This document shows positions 1 through 10,958 of a stretch of DNA of 60,729 bases, piece after piece. Origin of the DNA: Candidatus Acidiferrales bacterium (GTDB lineage: Bacteria; Acidobacteriota; Terriglobia; Acidiferrales; UBA7541); assembly GCA_050747045.1 (NCBI GenBank), contig JBOGNC010000001.1, positions 1-60,729 on the forward strand. Direction: 5' to 3'. The number at the start of each line of letters is the position of its first letter. The stretch's first letter is position 1. A model generated the notes under the pieces. The model was not told the origin of the DNA. It searched no databases and worked only from the letters and a program-made list of their open reading frames with translations. A program made the translations under genes and the position numbers.

Positions 1-82
1 GTTTAGGCTCCCACGGATTTCCGGCATCGACCTAAGCAATGACCCACAGCTTTTTTGGAAGGACGATATATAATCCAGCCGA

Positions 83-832
83 ATGGCGGACGATCCTTTT
101 CTGAATTCTATTCAACATCAAGACCCGCAGCCGCGCAGCCGATGGGACACGGTTGCACTGATTGTAGCTGCGCTTGCCGCCGTTTTCTCGGCGGTAACCC
201 AAGCTCAATCGCATCCCGTATATGCAATCGCGTTTCTAATTCTAGTCGCGATTCTGGTCGCATTTTTATGTTATCGGCCGCTTTCGGCATGGATCGCTAC
301 GAACAAATCGTCTGCACTTCGGAACGGAGTGGCGCGAAGAGCGTGGCCCGAAGTCTTGCGTTTTGACAAACGCTTTGCAGAATTTATTAACAACAATGAT
401 TCGCGCAATCTGCGAACGATCATCAATGATCTTGGCGGACGGAACGATCAAGAACTTCTCAAGGTCTGTCCGCCTGACTACGTCAACACCTTTTATCCGA
501 TGTTTTCGAGTCGGCATGTGCTATTGAAGCATATCGAAGAGCCGGATTTTCGCATCGCAGTGAATGAGCTGATTGCAGTGGTCGCCTCGTATAACGCGGA
601 GTATGTCTTGAAACCAATGGAACGACTCAAAGAAAGTCCTCGGTTCACGCAGCTTGCTCCAAATGATAGGAAATATCGCGAGGCTGCAATCGAAGATTTC
701 CGCGAAAGGTGGGTGCGGTTCTTAGACGACCTCACCGAATTCCTGGCAGCGCGTAACAATGAATTCGGATATGAACAATATCACGAAGCGATTCCTGCTT
801 TTTTCGAGCGCCCGAAGAAGCTTTCCTTGTAA
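83..832 (+). CDS. hypothetical membrane-anchored protein
   Basis: 249-aa ORF with two N-terminal hydrophobic helices (VALIVAALAAVFSAV; AIAFLILVAILVAFLCY) followed by a soluble domain. No family recognised. Confidence 0.4.
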   Translation: MADDPFLNSIQHQDPQPRSRWDTVALIVAALAAVFSAVTQAQSHPVYAIAFLILVAILVAFLCYRPLSAWIATNKSSALRNGVARRAWPEVLRFDKRFAEFINNNDSRNLRTIINDLGGRNDQELLKVCPPDYVNTFYPMFSSRHVLLKHIEEPDFRIAVNELIAVVASYNAEYVLKPMERLKESPRFTQLAPNDRKYREAAIEDFRERWVRFLDDLTEFLAARNNEFGYEQYHEAIPAFFERPKKLSL

Positions 833-1033
833 ATTGAAATCGTGCGCGACTTCCACACATGACTGAAACTGATTGGGACGGAAAATACGCTGCGGACGAT
901 GAGTGGGCTTCCAGGATGGAATGGCATCGGGCAATCGCGTGGAACAGCCTCTCGGCGTGCTGGCAATTGAATCATCCTCAGAATAGAATTCGGTTGCTTC
1001 CGACAGCTTTAGTGACGCAGGAGTAAAACCTGA

Positions 1034-1690
1034 ATGGCGCGAGGAAAAGGCAAGAACGGCGCGAACGGACACTCGAAGAAGCGACCGATTGAGCGGTATG
1101 AGCACAAGGACAAGAAGCGCATCAACAATCCGCCAGTCGGTTTGGTCACGCCGGAGACCGATCCTCCCCTGCCAACGCACAAAATCTACGACTACATTGA
1201 GCCTGTCCCAGCGGTAAAACCCGGCAAGAATTTGGATTACGATCCTCATCTCGATCCGCAGCTTGTCTGGGCCGGGAAGAAAGAACACGCCTCGTTTGAA
1301 GTGCCCACCGTTTCGCTGCATGTCCACGAAACGATTGACCCGCGCACCATTATCGAAGCCGTTCGCAAGCGCAACGGCAACGGCTTGCGTAATTCGGAAC
1401 AACGGAAAAAGCGTTCTGCGGCATCAAGCTCCAGTCGGACCAAGCTGTCGACCGCATGCAGCCAAACAAACTTCTCACGTGCCATTTGCTCCCTCCGATC
1501 TCTCCTTTTAGCAGTACTTCAGCCCTTGTTTGCTCTGGTTTGGTGCTGCTCCTGCCGTTTCTGGTCACTGACACTGGCGTGCCACGCGGCAGGCTTCCGC
1601 TTGCAAACTCTCGCGCCAATCGCGAACACTTCTCTCGTCACTCGCGTTGCTATTCGCTCCAGGCCGGACCAAGAACGGCTCCGCAGGTAG
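1034..1690 (+). pseudogene. N-terminal remnant of a large adenine-specific (type III/IIG-like) DNA methyltransferase
   Basis: The first ~115 aa (RYEHKDKKRINNPPVGLVTPE ... YDPHLDPQLVWAGKKEHASFEVPTVSLHVHETIDPRTIIEAV) resemble the conserved N-terminus of such methyltransferases. The rest of the ORF is Ser/Leu/Cys-rich read-through with no catalytic motifs. Confidence 0.4.
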
Positions 1691-1758
1691 TTCTCTTCGT
1701 GTCGGATTTGTTCCTCGCATTCGGGTGAAGGAAACAAATTCCGACACGAAGGAGAGAA
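1691..1758 (+). promoter_or_regulatory. long imperfect hairpin/palindrome overlapping the ribosome-binding site of the downstream methyltransferase
   Basis: 1696-1706 ttcgtgtcgga pairs perfectly with 1740-1750 tccgacacgaa. It is extended by 1691-1695 with 1754-1758 and by 1707-1712 with 1733-1738, with small bulges. The SD aaggagag (1749-1756) lies in the 3' arm and the ATG is at 1764. Confidence 0.45.
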
Positions 1759-1763
1759 CTTAA

Positions 1764-2438
1764 ATGAATATCGAGCAGAGCAAACATACCATCAGCGGGC
1801 AGCAGCCGAATACGGTCCTGCAAGGCGATTGCGTCGAAGTTATGCGGCAGTTCCGCAGTTGCAGCGTCGATTTCGTATTCACCGATCCGCCGTATCTCGC
1901 GCACTATCGCTCCCGCGACGGTCGCACAGTCGCCAACGACAGCGATGGAGCGTGGTTAAAGCCCGCGTTCACCGAAATCTTTCGCGTGTTGCGCCGCGAC
2001 TCGTTCTGCGTCAGTTTCTACGGTTGGCACCAGGCGGACAAATTCATCGCCGCGTGGCGCGAGGCAGGCCTCCGGCTGGCAGGGCACTTGACGTTCACGA
2101 AACGGTATCCGTCAGCCGAGCGCTTTCTGCAGTATCAGCACGAGAATGCGTATTTGCTCGCGAAGGGCAATCCGCCGCAGCCGACGCAACGGATTCCCGA
2201 CGTGATCGAATGGAGGTATTCCGGTAACAAACTGCATCCGACGCAGAAACCACTCTGCGTTCTCATGCCGCTGATTCAGTGCTTCTCGTGCCCCGGCGAT
2301 TTGGTGCTCGATCCGTTCTGCGGCTCCGGCTCGACGCTGCTAGCCGCAAGACTGCAAGGCCGCCGGTTCGTCGGCATCGACCTCGATGCTGCATATTGCG
2401 ACATTTCCCGTGACCGGCTCCAACCTCAAGCCGCGTGA
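1764..2438 (+). CDS. orphan beta-class DNA methyltransferase (N6-adenine/N4-cytosine, DPPY type)
   Basis: 224 aa with motifs FTDPPY, HPTQKP and DPFCGSGST in the circularly permuted order typical of the N6_N4 methyltransferase family. No neighbouring endonuclease. Confidence 0.85.
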   Translation: MNIEQSKHTISGQQPNTVLQGDCVEVMRQFRSCSVDFVFTDPPYLAHYRSRDGRTVANDSDGAWLKPAFTEIFRVLRRDSFCVSFYGWHQADKFIAAWREAGLRLAGHLTFTKRYPSAERFLQYQHENAYLLAKGNPPQPTQRIPDVIEWRYSGNKLHPTQKPLCVLMPLIQCFSCPGDLVLDPFCGSGSTLLAARLQGRRFVGIDLDAAYCDISRDRLQPQAA

Positions 2439-3003
2439 TAGAATCCGCTCATGGAACCAGCGAGGACAACGCTTGCCGATTGTTAGAGGGCGGTTTTTAC
2501 CCGAAATAGAAAGTACGGGTAGGCTAAAGAAATGCCTTGATGTTCTCCTCTGGGGCAACGATTGGACCAGACAGAACTTGATCGACCTGGACGAGGTCGA
2601 AGTTCTGCGCGACTACCTGCGGAGTATCCGCCCGAGCTTCTGCGGGATTCGATTATTTGTGCCCACCGCCCATGCTGGCTCGGTCGAACTGCTTGAGAGG
2701 TTAAGCATTAAATTCGTATCAGTCTTAATGAACGAGGTGTCGAAACATGATCGAAAGCCTCGTCCTGTTTTCTCTATGTTGCCGAGTTTATAGTTGTCGC
2801 GAAATCTGTCGGGAATCTCGATGGCTTTTCGGCCAAAGTAATAAAGTTGAAACTGTTGTATTGGACTCGAATCGCTTGTGGATTCCCAAACCGTGGTCAC
2901 GGTTCGCGGTCAGTTATATAAGAAGCCCGCTGGGAAAAAAAAGAAACCGGACGCTTCGGTTCCCCTGAAGCTGCTGATTCTGGAAGTGCAGAAGAAGGAA
3001 TAG

Positions 3004-4657
<1,654 letters not shown>

Positions 4658-4661
<4 letters not shown>

Positions 4662-5382
4662 ATGCCGAGGCACAAGAAACAGGTCGGTCACTCGTTCACA
4701 ACCGTCTGCCAAATATCTGCTTTACCCGTGACCGGCTACTGTTTTATGGGATACAGAAGATGGCCGCGCGGCGCGCCAAGTGGAAACGGCAGGAATTCGC
4801 CTTCGAGATACGCTACTACCTAAATTTTTACTACCCCCTTATCTACGGTGGGTTTGACCACATCGCTCTGCTTGTGAGTCAGTCCCTCCAACTCGGACTA
4901 GCTGAGAAGAACGTTGGTGCGACTTACCAGAGTTTCCTTGACGCACTGAAAGCGAAGAGTGCCGTATTTTATTGCATGCGCTTTTTGCCGACACCAAACA
5001 GGTCGAATTTATCAAACGCATCGCGTACTTGAGGCACTATGCGTCGCATCGCGGGTCGCTTGCACCCGGGAAATTACTTGAGAAGCCGGACAAGGAGCCA
5101 ACCGACGATGAAGTAGACGCAATGATCGCACAAGCGGGAATGGATGACTTGGTGATGTACGTGCCGGAGGGGGAATTGCGAGAGAGTTTTCGGCAGTCCG
5201 TCCGATATAACTTCAGGATGCAATACTCCGAAAAAGAGGGAAAGCCGGTTGAGGGCGTCGTGCCTATTGTGATCGACGGCAAGCCCGGCTTCATCCTCCC
5301 CGCCAACGACACAGAATGGAACTTTCACAAGTTTCTGCTTTTTATGAATCGCGTTTTGGCCGAACTGAAGAAGTGTCTGTAG
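4658..5382 (+). pseudogene. hypothetical gene apparently split by a frameshift
   Basis: ORFs 4658-5032 and 4972-5382 overlap in different frames. They read as one continuous protein (...FLDALKAKSAV / LHALFADTKQVEFIKRIAYLRHYASHRG...) if one base is gained or lost in the T-run at 4967-4970. Confidence 0.3.
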
Positions 5383-5521
5383 CATGAGCACCAAGACGTG
5401 CCCTCTAGTACCACGGTAGTACTAAAGTACTATAGAATCAATAACATGCGTCGCAACCATACCGCTCCTCGCCGCATCTACATTTGCAACAGCTTCGCGG
5501 CGGCCAAAGGTTGGGGGTCCA

Positions 5522-6091
5522 ATGGACCCGAGGCGAGAAGCGAAACCCAGTCCCCGGTTCTTGCTGAACTCGGTTGACCTCTTGGGCAGAGAGATCGATC
5601 CAGCCGTATTGTGCGTTGCCCAAGAAATCGCTCGTCGTGCAGTGTCACACGGCGAGAAGCTTCTCCGCGATCCGGCCCTGGCAATCAGTCTCTTCGAAGA
5701 GGCTGCCGCGACAATTTCAAAAACCCTCAAAGAAAAGGAGGCATCCGGCAAACCTGGAATCCGGGACATGCGTGGCTACCTCTTCCGCGCATATTTGCGA
5801 AGAATCAGCGTCGAAAGAAAGGCCAACGTTGCGCTTGACGATGCAACCGAGGAGGAGTGGCAGGAGCACGCACGGCAAACCGACGACAGTGATATCGAGC
5901 GTCAAATTCTGGTGAAGGAATTGCTGGAAACCTGTGATACATTGACGCGAGAAATTCTGTATCGGAAGTTGGAAGGCTGTACCGGGAAAGAAATCGCGAA
6001 GTTCTGCGGTATTCCGGTGAATGCCGCCAATTTGCGATTCAGCAAGGCTCTTCGGCGTCTCCAAAGGGCAGTTCGGGCGAGAGGACGTTAA
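5522..6091 (+). CDS. ECF-type RNA polymerase sigma-70 family factor
   Basis: 189 aa. A region 2-like segment (MRGYLFRAYLRRI) and a region 4 HTH (LTREILYRKLEGCTGKEIAKFCGIPVNAANLRFSKALRRLQ) are present. Confidence 0.7.
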   Translation: MDPRREAKPSPRFLLNSVDLLGREIDPAVLCVAQEIARRAVSHGEKLLRDPALAISLFEEAAATISKTLKEKEASGKPGIRDMRGYLFRAYLRRISVERKANVALDDATEEEWQEHARQTDDSDIERQILVKELLETCDTLTREILYRKLEGCTGKEIAKFCGIPVNAANLRFSKALRRLQRAVRARGR

Positions 6092-6112
6092 GCTGAGGAG
6101 GTTCCTGGGACC

Positions 6113-6439
6113 TTGCCGCTGGCAAGCAAAAGGCGAAAGAAGGCTGGGCGAAAATCCCCGACCGAGAAAGCTCTCCTTGGATATCTGAAGCAGCACCTCT
6201 CGAACGATTTCCCCAACCCCACACGAGTCGGATGCCCTCCCCTCGAAGCACTCGAACGCAACGCGAAAGACCCTATCCACGCGGACGAATCTGTTAGCAA
6301 GCACGTCGCGCACTGCTCGCCTTGCTATCGCGTCTACAGCCGCCTGCTACGTCGAGAACTTGCCCGCATTCGTCAGCAAGCGCCTCAGAACCACTCCAAC
6401 CGGGGCACCCACAAGAAAATTAAGAAAGTTGCGAAATAG
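6113..6439 (+). CDS. putative zinc-binding anti-sigma factor (ZAS-like), soluble
   Basis: 108 aa, located 22 bp downstream of the ECF sigma gene. It has the H-x3-C-x2-C motif HVAHCSPC, no transmembrane helix, and a TTG start with GAGGAG 12 nt upstream. Confidence 0.5.
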   Translation: MPLASKRRKKAGRKSPTEKALLGYLKQHLSNDFPNPTRVGCPPLEALERNAKDPIHADESVSKHVAHCSPCYRVYSRLLRRELARIRQQAPQNHSNRGTHKKIKKVAK

Positions 6440-6764
6440 TTGGACAGATTCTGCCGAAAAAACCCCTCTATATAAATGAAGGGAGTTTTCGCCGAATTCT
6501 CCCGCACGCCTGGTGGGGCCGTCCCACTTCGGTAAACCGCCCGGCGCAGTAGCGAGCCGCTCGAAGATCCCGAGCCGGACGCGAAAGCAGAAACCCTCTG
6601 AACGGAGCGTGTGCTCCAAGTGCGCCTTGAGTCGGATCAAGGCCGAACCACACCTGCAGAGCGGCCCTCCTTTCGCATCCGTGCCCCGGCCCTGCCAGAC
6701 GCGGGCGCGGCGAGAACTCCCTCGGCCTTAACAAAAGGAAATCAAGCGAAGGAGACGAACAGAC

Positions 6765-7085
6765 ATGAAAACACTTTGGCGCAGGGTATCCCGGCTTACG
6801 TACACGCCCCGGACGCTCGCGGTGGTCGCAGTGGGTCTGCTTCTCGCGGCACCCGCATTTGCTCAAGCGGGCAATTCTCCGTGGGAAAACGCAGTCAACG
6901 TTCTTGAGACTGCTTTCACCAGCACCATCGCACGAGGCCTGTCGCTCGTCGCGATTGTTGTGGCGGGCTTGACGTTCGCCTTTGGCGAAGGCGGATCGAA
7001 ACGCATTCTCGCTGGCGTGCTGTTTGGCGTCGGAATGGCAATCGCGGCGGTGAACTTCCTCGCATGGCTCTTTCCGGGCTCCTGA
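6765..7085 (+). CDS. virB2: T4SS pilin, VirB2/TrbC family
   Basis: 106 aa. Signal peptide ending AAPAFAQA, then two hydrophobic helices (LSLVAIVVAGLTFAF; VLFGVGMAIAAVNFLAWLF). First gene of the T4SS block. Confidence 0.75.
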   Translation: MKTLWRRVSRLTYTPRTLAVVAVGLLLAAPAFAQAGNSPWENAVNVLETAFTSTIARGLSLVAIVVAGLTFAFGEGGSKRILAGVLFGVGMAIAAVNFLAWLFPGS

Positions 7086-7113
7086 GCCACCGCACAACGT
7101 GGAGGCAAAGCTC

Positions 7114-7413
7114 ATGGCCGAGGCAAGGCGAATCAACATGGTTCATCGCTCGCTCTCACGGCCCCTCACGATTTTAGGAGCCGAGCGGAAGCTGTTCTTC
7201 TTCGCGATGTGCGTAGGCGCGGGAACCTTCAATCTGCTCGGCAGTTTGCTCGGCGGGCTGCTGATGTTCTTTCTGCTCTACTTCGTCGCGCGCTGGGCGA
7301 CACAGACCGACCCGCAGATTCTCCGATTCCTGCTTACCGCAACGAAACTTCGCAACCAATACGATCCGGCAAAATTCAGCCCGGTATCGATACGCAGGAT
7401 CACCAATGCTTAA
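7114..7413 (+). CDS. virB3: T4SS protein VirB3/TrbD family
   Basis: ~99 aa with LSRPLTILGAERKLFF followed by two TM helices. ATG 7114 is preceded by GGAGG (the track ORF starts at GTG 7099). It overlaps virB4 by 8 bp. Confidence 0.7.
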   Translation: MAEARRINMVHRSLSRPLTILGAERKLFFFAMCVGAGTFNLLGSLLGGLLMFFLLYFVARWATQTDPQILRFLLTATKLRNQYDPAKFSPVSIRRITNA

Positions 7414-9853
7414 ACTCCGGCGGATTTTCAAGAACTACCAGGAGACCGGCGCATTCAACGAGCAGGTAAATCTGTATGGGTTCATCGATTCCCATGTTTT
7501 CCTCACCAAGTCCGGGGAACTCGGCGTCATTCTCGAAGTGCGCGGAGTTGACTATGAGTGTCTGGATGACGCTTCCATTGACGGCCTCACAAAGCGGCTC
7601 GAATCCGCGCTGAAGCTGTTTGACGAAAACTACCGCATCTATCAGTACCTCTTCAAACGAAACAACGAAGCCATCCCCTACAAACTGTATGGCAATCCCG
7701 TCGTAGACACAGCCATCAAAAACCGCATCGCGTACCTGGCTGGCAAGGCCGACACCCTCTTCTCCCTTTCGGTTTATTACGTGATCCTCTTCGAGGGTTC
7801 ACGCCCGAAGCGCAAGATCGCAAGCGCGCTCGCGAAATTTCCCGAGCAGCCAGCGAAGGCGCTCGGCGAGCTCTGGACCTACTTCTCCATCAAAAAACAG
7901 GTTGTCTTTCTCGACCAGGAGATCTCGAAGGCTCAATCCACGCTGCTTCAGAAGGCCGAGAGTTTCATCCTGCAGGTCAGCGATTTCCTAACGGCCCGGC
8001 TCATGGACAAGCAGGAAGCCTTCCGAATTCTGAAAAAGACGCTCAACTTCGCGCCGGAAAAGCTCGACTTGGCGAAGCTCAAATACGACACCTTCCTCGA
8101 CTATTATCTATGCGAGTCACATCTCGAATGCCACCGAGGACATCTCCGTCTTGACGATTATTACGTCAAGGTTCTCACTCTCAAGGAGCCATCGGCGCAG
8201 AGTTTCCCCCTCATTTTCAAACGCCTGCTGGAAGTCCAGGCGAACTATTACGTCGTCACGGAATGGAAGAGGGAAGACTCGGGTAAAACTCGGCGGATCA
8301 TCCAGGCCAAGCGCCGCCACTTCCACAACACCAAGCGTTCGTTTTTCAGCCAGGTCAATCTGAACGATGCTGCTCCGCAGGATGTTCTTCTCGACGATTC
8401 GAAAGAGTCACAAGTCCGCGAACTCGGCGAGGGCATCAAGGAGATCGAGCTTCACGGGAATTACTTCGGGCAGTTCTCAGTCACCGTCGTCATCTACGAT
8501 CTCGACCCCGCCAGAGTGGACCGGGCATGCGCGGAATTCTACAAAGTCTTCAGCGTTCACGACGCGCAGCTTTACGAAGAGAAATACAACCTTTTGAACG
8601 CATTCCTCGCAGCGGTTCCCGGCAACCACGTCTTCAATCTTCGCTACCTCTATCTGCTCAACACCAACTACGCCGACTTTTCGTTTCTCTTTACCCTCCA
8701 CTGTGGCGAACCTAGGAACCGCCATCTCCGGCAGGAATATCTCGCTGTTCTTGAGACGAACCATCACACGCCGTACTTCCTGAACCTACATTATCGGGAT
8801 GTCGCGCACACGATGATTCTGGGTCGGACCGGCGCGGGCAAATCATTCCTGCTGAACTTTCTGATCACGAACCTCCAGAAGTACGCGCCGCATACGTTCA
8901 TCTTCGATCTCGGCGGGAGTTTTGAAAGCCTCACGCATCTTTTCGGCGGCTCCTACGTTCGTGTCGGCCTCGAATCCGACGACTTCAAAATCAACCCATT
9001 CTCGCTGCCGCCTACGAAGGAGAACCTCGACTTCCTCGCGCTCTTTGTGAAGGTTTTGCTTCAAGGCTCCAGGACGCCAGAGGTTGATCCCGCGACGGAG
9101 CGCGATCTCTACCACCAGATCGAGAATCTCTACGCCGTTGATCCTGCGTTGCGCACGCTTGGCGTGCTGGCGAACACCCTCGGCCATGACCTGTCGGAGC
9201 GCCTCGCGCGATGGACTCGCGGCGGGCAGTTCGGCTTTCTCTTCGACAACTCGGAAGACACCATCTCGTTCTCGCAATTCCAGTGTTTCGACTTTCAGGG
9301 GATGAGCCAGTACCCGGAAATCCTCGAACCTCTGTTGTTCTATATCCTCCACCGGGCCAACGCGGTCATTGCCGACCGCCCAATCACGCAAGTCTTCAAA
9401 GCGTTTTTCATCGATGAGGCATGGGTGTTCCTGAAGAACCCCAGCATCCAGCGGTACGTTGTCGAAGCCCTTAAGACCTGGCGGAAGCACAACGCGGCGA
9501 TGGTGCTCTCAACGCAGTCGCTCGACGAGCTGCGGCGTTCCGACATCCTCGACGTGATTATCGAAAGCTGCGCCACGAAAATCTTCCTTGCGAATCCCGA
9601 CATGGACCGGGAGCTTTACAGCAAACAATTCCACCTGAACGAAAACGAAGTCGAGCTGATTTCGGCACTCATCCCCAAGCAGCAATTCCTGATCAAGACA
9701 CCGGAACTGGCGAAGGTTGCCAATCTGACCGTGGACCCGAAGAGCTACTGGCTCTATACGAACGACCCCTACGACAACAAGAAACGGAAAGAAGCATTCG
9801 AGACCTACGGCTTTGAACGAGGGCTCGAAATGCTCGCGGGGACGACGCCATGA
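7406..9853 (+). CDS. virB4: T4SS ATPase VirB4/TrbE
   Basis: 815 aa with Walker A GRTGAGKS and Walker B-like FFIDEAW. Size and position after virB3 are typical. Confidence 0.9.
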   Translation: MLKLRRIFKNYQETGAFNEQVNLYGFIDSHVFLTKSGELGVILEVRGVDYECLDDASIDGLTKRLESALKLFDENYRIYQYLFKRNNEAIPYKLYGNPVVDTAIKNRIAYLAGKADTLFSLSVYYVILFEGSRPKRKIASALAKFPEQPAKALGELWTYFSIKKQVVFLDQEISKAQSTLLQKAESFILQVSDFLTARLMDKQEAFRILKKTLNFAPEKLDLAKLKYDTFLDYYLCESHLECHRGHLRLDDYYVKVLTLKEPSAQSFPLIFKRLLEVQANYYVVTEWKREDSGKTRRIIQAKRRHFHNTKRSFFSQVNLNDAAPQDVLLDDSKESQVRELGEGIKEIELHGNYFGQFSVTVVIYDLDPARVDRACAEFYKVFSVHDAQLYEEKYNLLNAFLAAVPGNHVFNLRYLYLLNTNYADFSFLFTLHCGEPRNRHLRQEYLAVLETNHHTPYFLNLHYRDVAHTMILGRTGAGKSFLLNFLITNLQKYAPHTFIFDLGGSFESLTHLFGGSYVRVGLESDDFKINPFSLPPTKENLDFLALFVKVLLQGSRTPEVDPATERDLYHQIENLYAVDPALRTLGVLANTLGHDLSERLARWTRGGQFGFLFDNSEDTISFSQFQCFDFQGMSQYPEILEPLLFYILHRANAVIADRPITQVFKAFFIDEAWVFLKNPSIQRYVVEALKTWRKHNAAMVLSTQSLDELRRSDILDVIIESCATKIFLANPDMDRELYSKQFHLNENEVELISALIPKQQFLIKTPELAKVANLTVDPKSYWLYTNDPYDNKKRKEAFETYGFERGLEMLAGTTP

Positions 9854-10146
9854 AAATGCTCGTGATTTCGTCCATTGTCTGGATTCTCATCGTGCCTAGT
9901 CTCGTCGGATCTTTTCTGATCCTCACAGTTCTTGCTGCCTTTGTGCCTCCGCTGTACTTCGCTGTGAGCTGGTTTCTTCTCGCTCTCAGCACCGCGTTGC
10001 TGTTGTGCGGGCCTTTTTGGATCATTCCATTCGTGCCGTTCGCCCGCTCGCGTTTCAGCTTTTCGCCATATAGGTGTCAGGGAATAAATTCATCTCAGGA
10101 GAGAAATAATGAAGCGCATCGCACCGCTAAAGTCTATTTTGAGTAG
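9850..10146 (+). CDS. small integral membrane protein (possible VirB7 substitute or entry-exclusion protein)
   Basis: 98 aa. ATGA overlap with the virB4 stop and three hydrophobic helices. The 3' end overlaps the virB9 start, so the true end or function is uncertain. Confidence 0.35.
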   Translation: MKMLVISSIVWILIVPSLVGSFLILTVLAAFVPPLYFAVSWFLLALSTALLLCGPFWIIPFVPFARSRFSFSPYRCQGINSSQERNNEAHRTAKVYFE

Positions 10147-10948
10147 CCTCGCCTTCTTCTGTCTCGTCGGCATGACTGCCATACCAGCGCACGCCGCGAC
10201 GGAAGCAACGGCGCGCGTCGTGAAATACTCGCAGAACGACATCGTGCCCGTGCAGGCCAAGATTCGATTTTCCACCCTCATCATCCTTCCGGCCAACGAA
10301 GACATCATCGATTTCACCACCGGCGACAAGGACTTCTGGGTCATCAACGGCGTCCACAACCTCTGCTTCATCCACCCTGCCCAGATCGGCATTCGCACCG
10401 ACTTGAACCTCATTACGGCGAGCGGCCACGTCTATTCGTTCCTGCTGACCGAAGTCAGCAACGAACCAAACGTGCAGCCGGACCTGAAGATCTTCATCGA
10501 GCCAAAAGACCAATCGAGCGTCGGTGGACAGAACTTCTTCCAGGGCTACGTCCCCGCAAGCGAGGCCGATGCATACAAGAGGGAGATTCAGACGATCCGC
10601 GAGCAGGCCGACGCCCAGGTTCAAACAGCCAAGGCACAAGCCAGACAGCAAATCGAGAAATTCCGCTACGAGTATCCAACGAAACTCCGATTCGACTACG
10701 AGATGAACAAAAAGGCTTCCGGCCAGCCGTTCCTGGTCTCCGCGATTTACCACGACGATGCCTTCACCTACATCCAGTGTGCCGCGCGGGAAAAGCCAAC
10801 CCTGTACGAATTAAAGGATGGGAAGCCGAATCTGATCAACTTCCAATTCGAGAACCGCGTTTACATCGTTCCAAAAATCCTCGAAAGCGGATACCTCGCC
10901 ATCGGGAAAAAGAAGCTCACCTTCTCGCGGCAAGCATCCGCGAATTGA
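10109..10948 (+). CDS. virB9: T4SS outer-membrane core protein VirB9/TrbG family
   Basis: 279 aa. Signal peptide (AIPAHA), then the VirB9/CagX-like pattern VPVQAKIRFSTLIILPANEDIIDFTTGDKDFWVINGVHNLCFIHP...NLITASGHVYSFLL. Confidence 0.7.
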   Translation: MKRIAPLKSILSSLAFFCLVGMTAIPAHAATEATARVVKYSQNDIVPVQAKIRFSTLIILPANEDIIDFTTGDKDFWVINGVHNLCFIHPAQIGIRTDLNLITASGHVYSFLLTEVSNEPNVQPDLKIFIEPKDQSSVGGQNFFQGYVPASEADAYKREIQTIREQADAQVQTAKAQARQQIEKFRYEYPTKLRFDYEMNKKASGQPFLVSAIYHDDAFTYIQCAAREKPTLYELKDGKPNLINFQFENRVYIVPKILESGYLAIGKKKLTFSRQASAN

Positions 10949-10958
10949 GAGGCCGACC

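Noticed and set aside
1-1000. Left att site of element A within the window
   Set aside because: I noticed no further copy of the gatcgaaccggcgaccccctgc core anywhere left of 22952. The left end of element A is therefore either outside the window or uses a degenerate repeat that I cannot detect by eye.
722-1402. 226-aa minus-strand ORF spanning the 83-832 / 1034 gene junction
   Set aside because: It overlaps two plus-strand ORFs, one with recognisable methyltransferase N-terminal similarity. It has no motifs of its own, so I kept the plus-strand calls at low confidence.
6468-7139. 223-aa minus-strand ORF overlapping virB2 and its upstream region
   Set aside because: The translation is Arg/Cys/Gly-rich and conflicts with the signal-peptide-bearing pilin gene and the T4SS operon direction.
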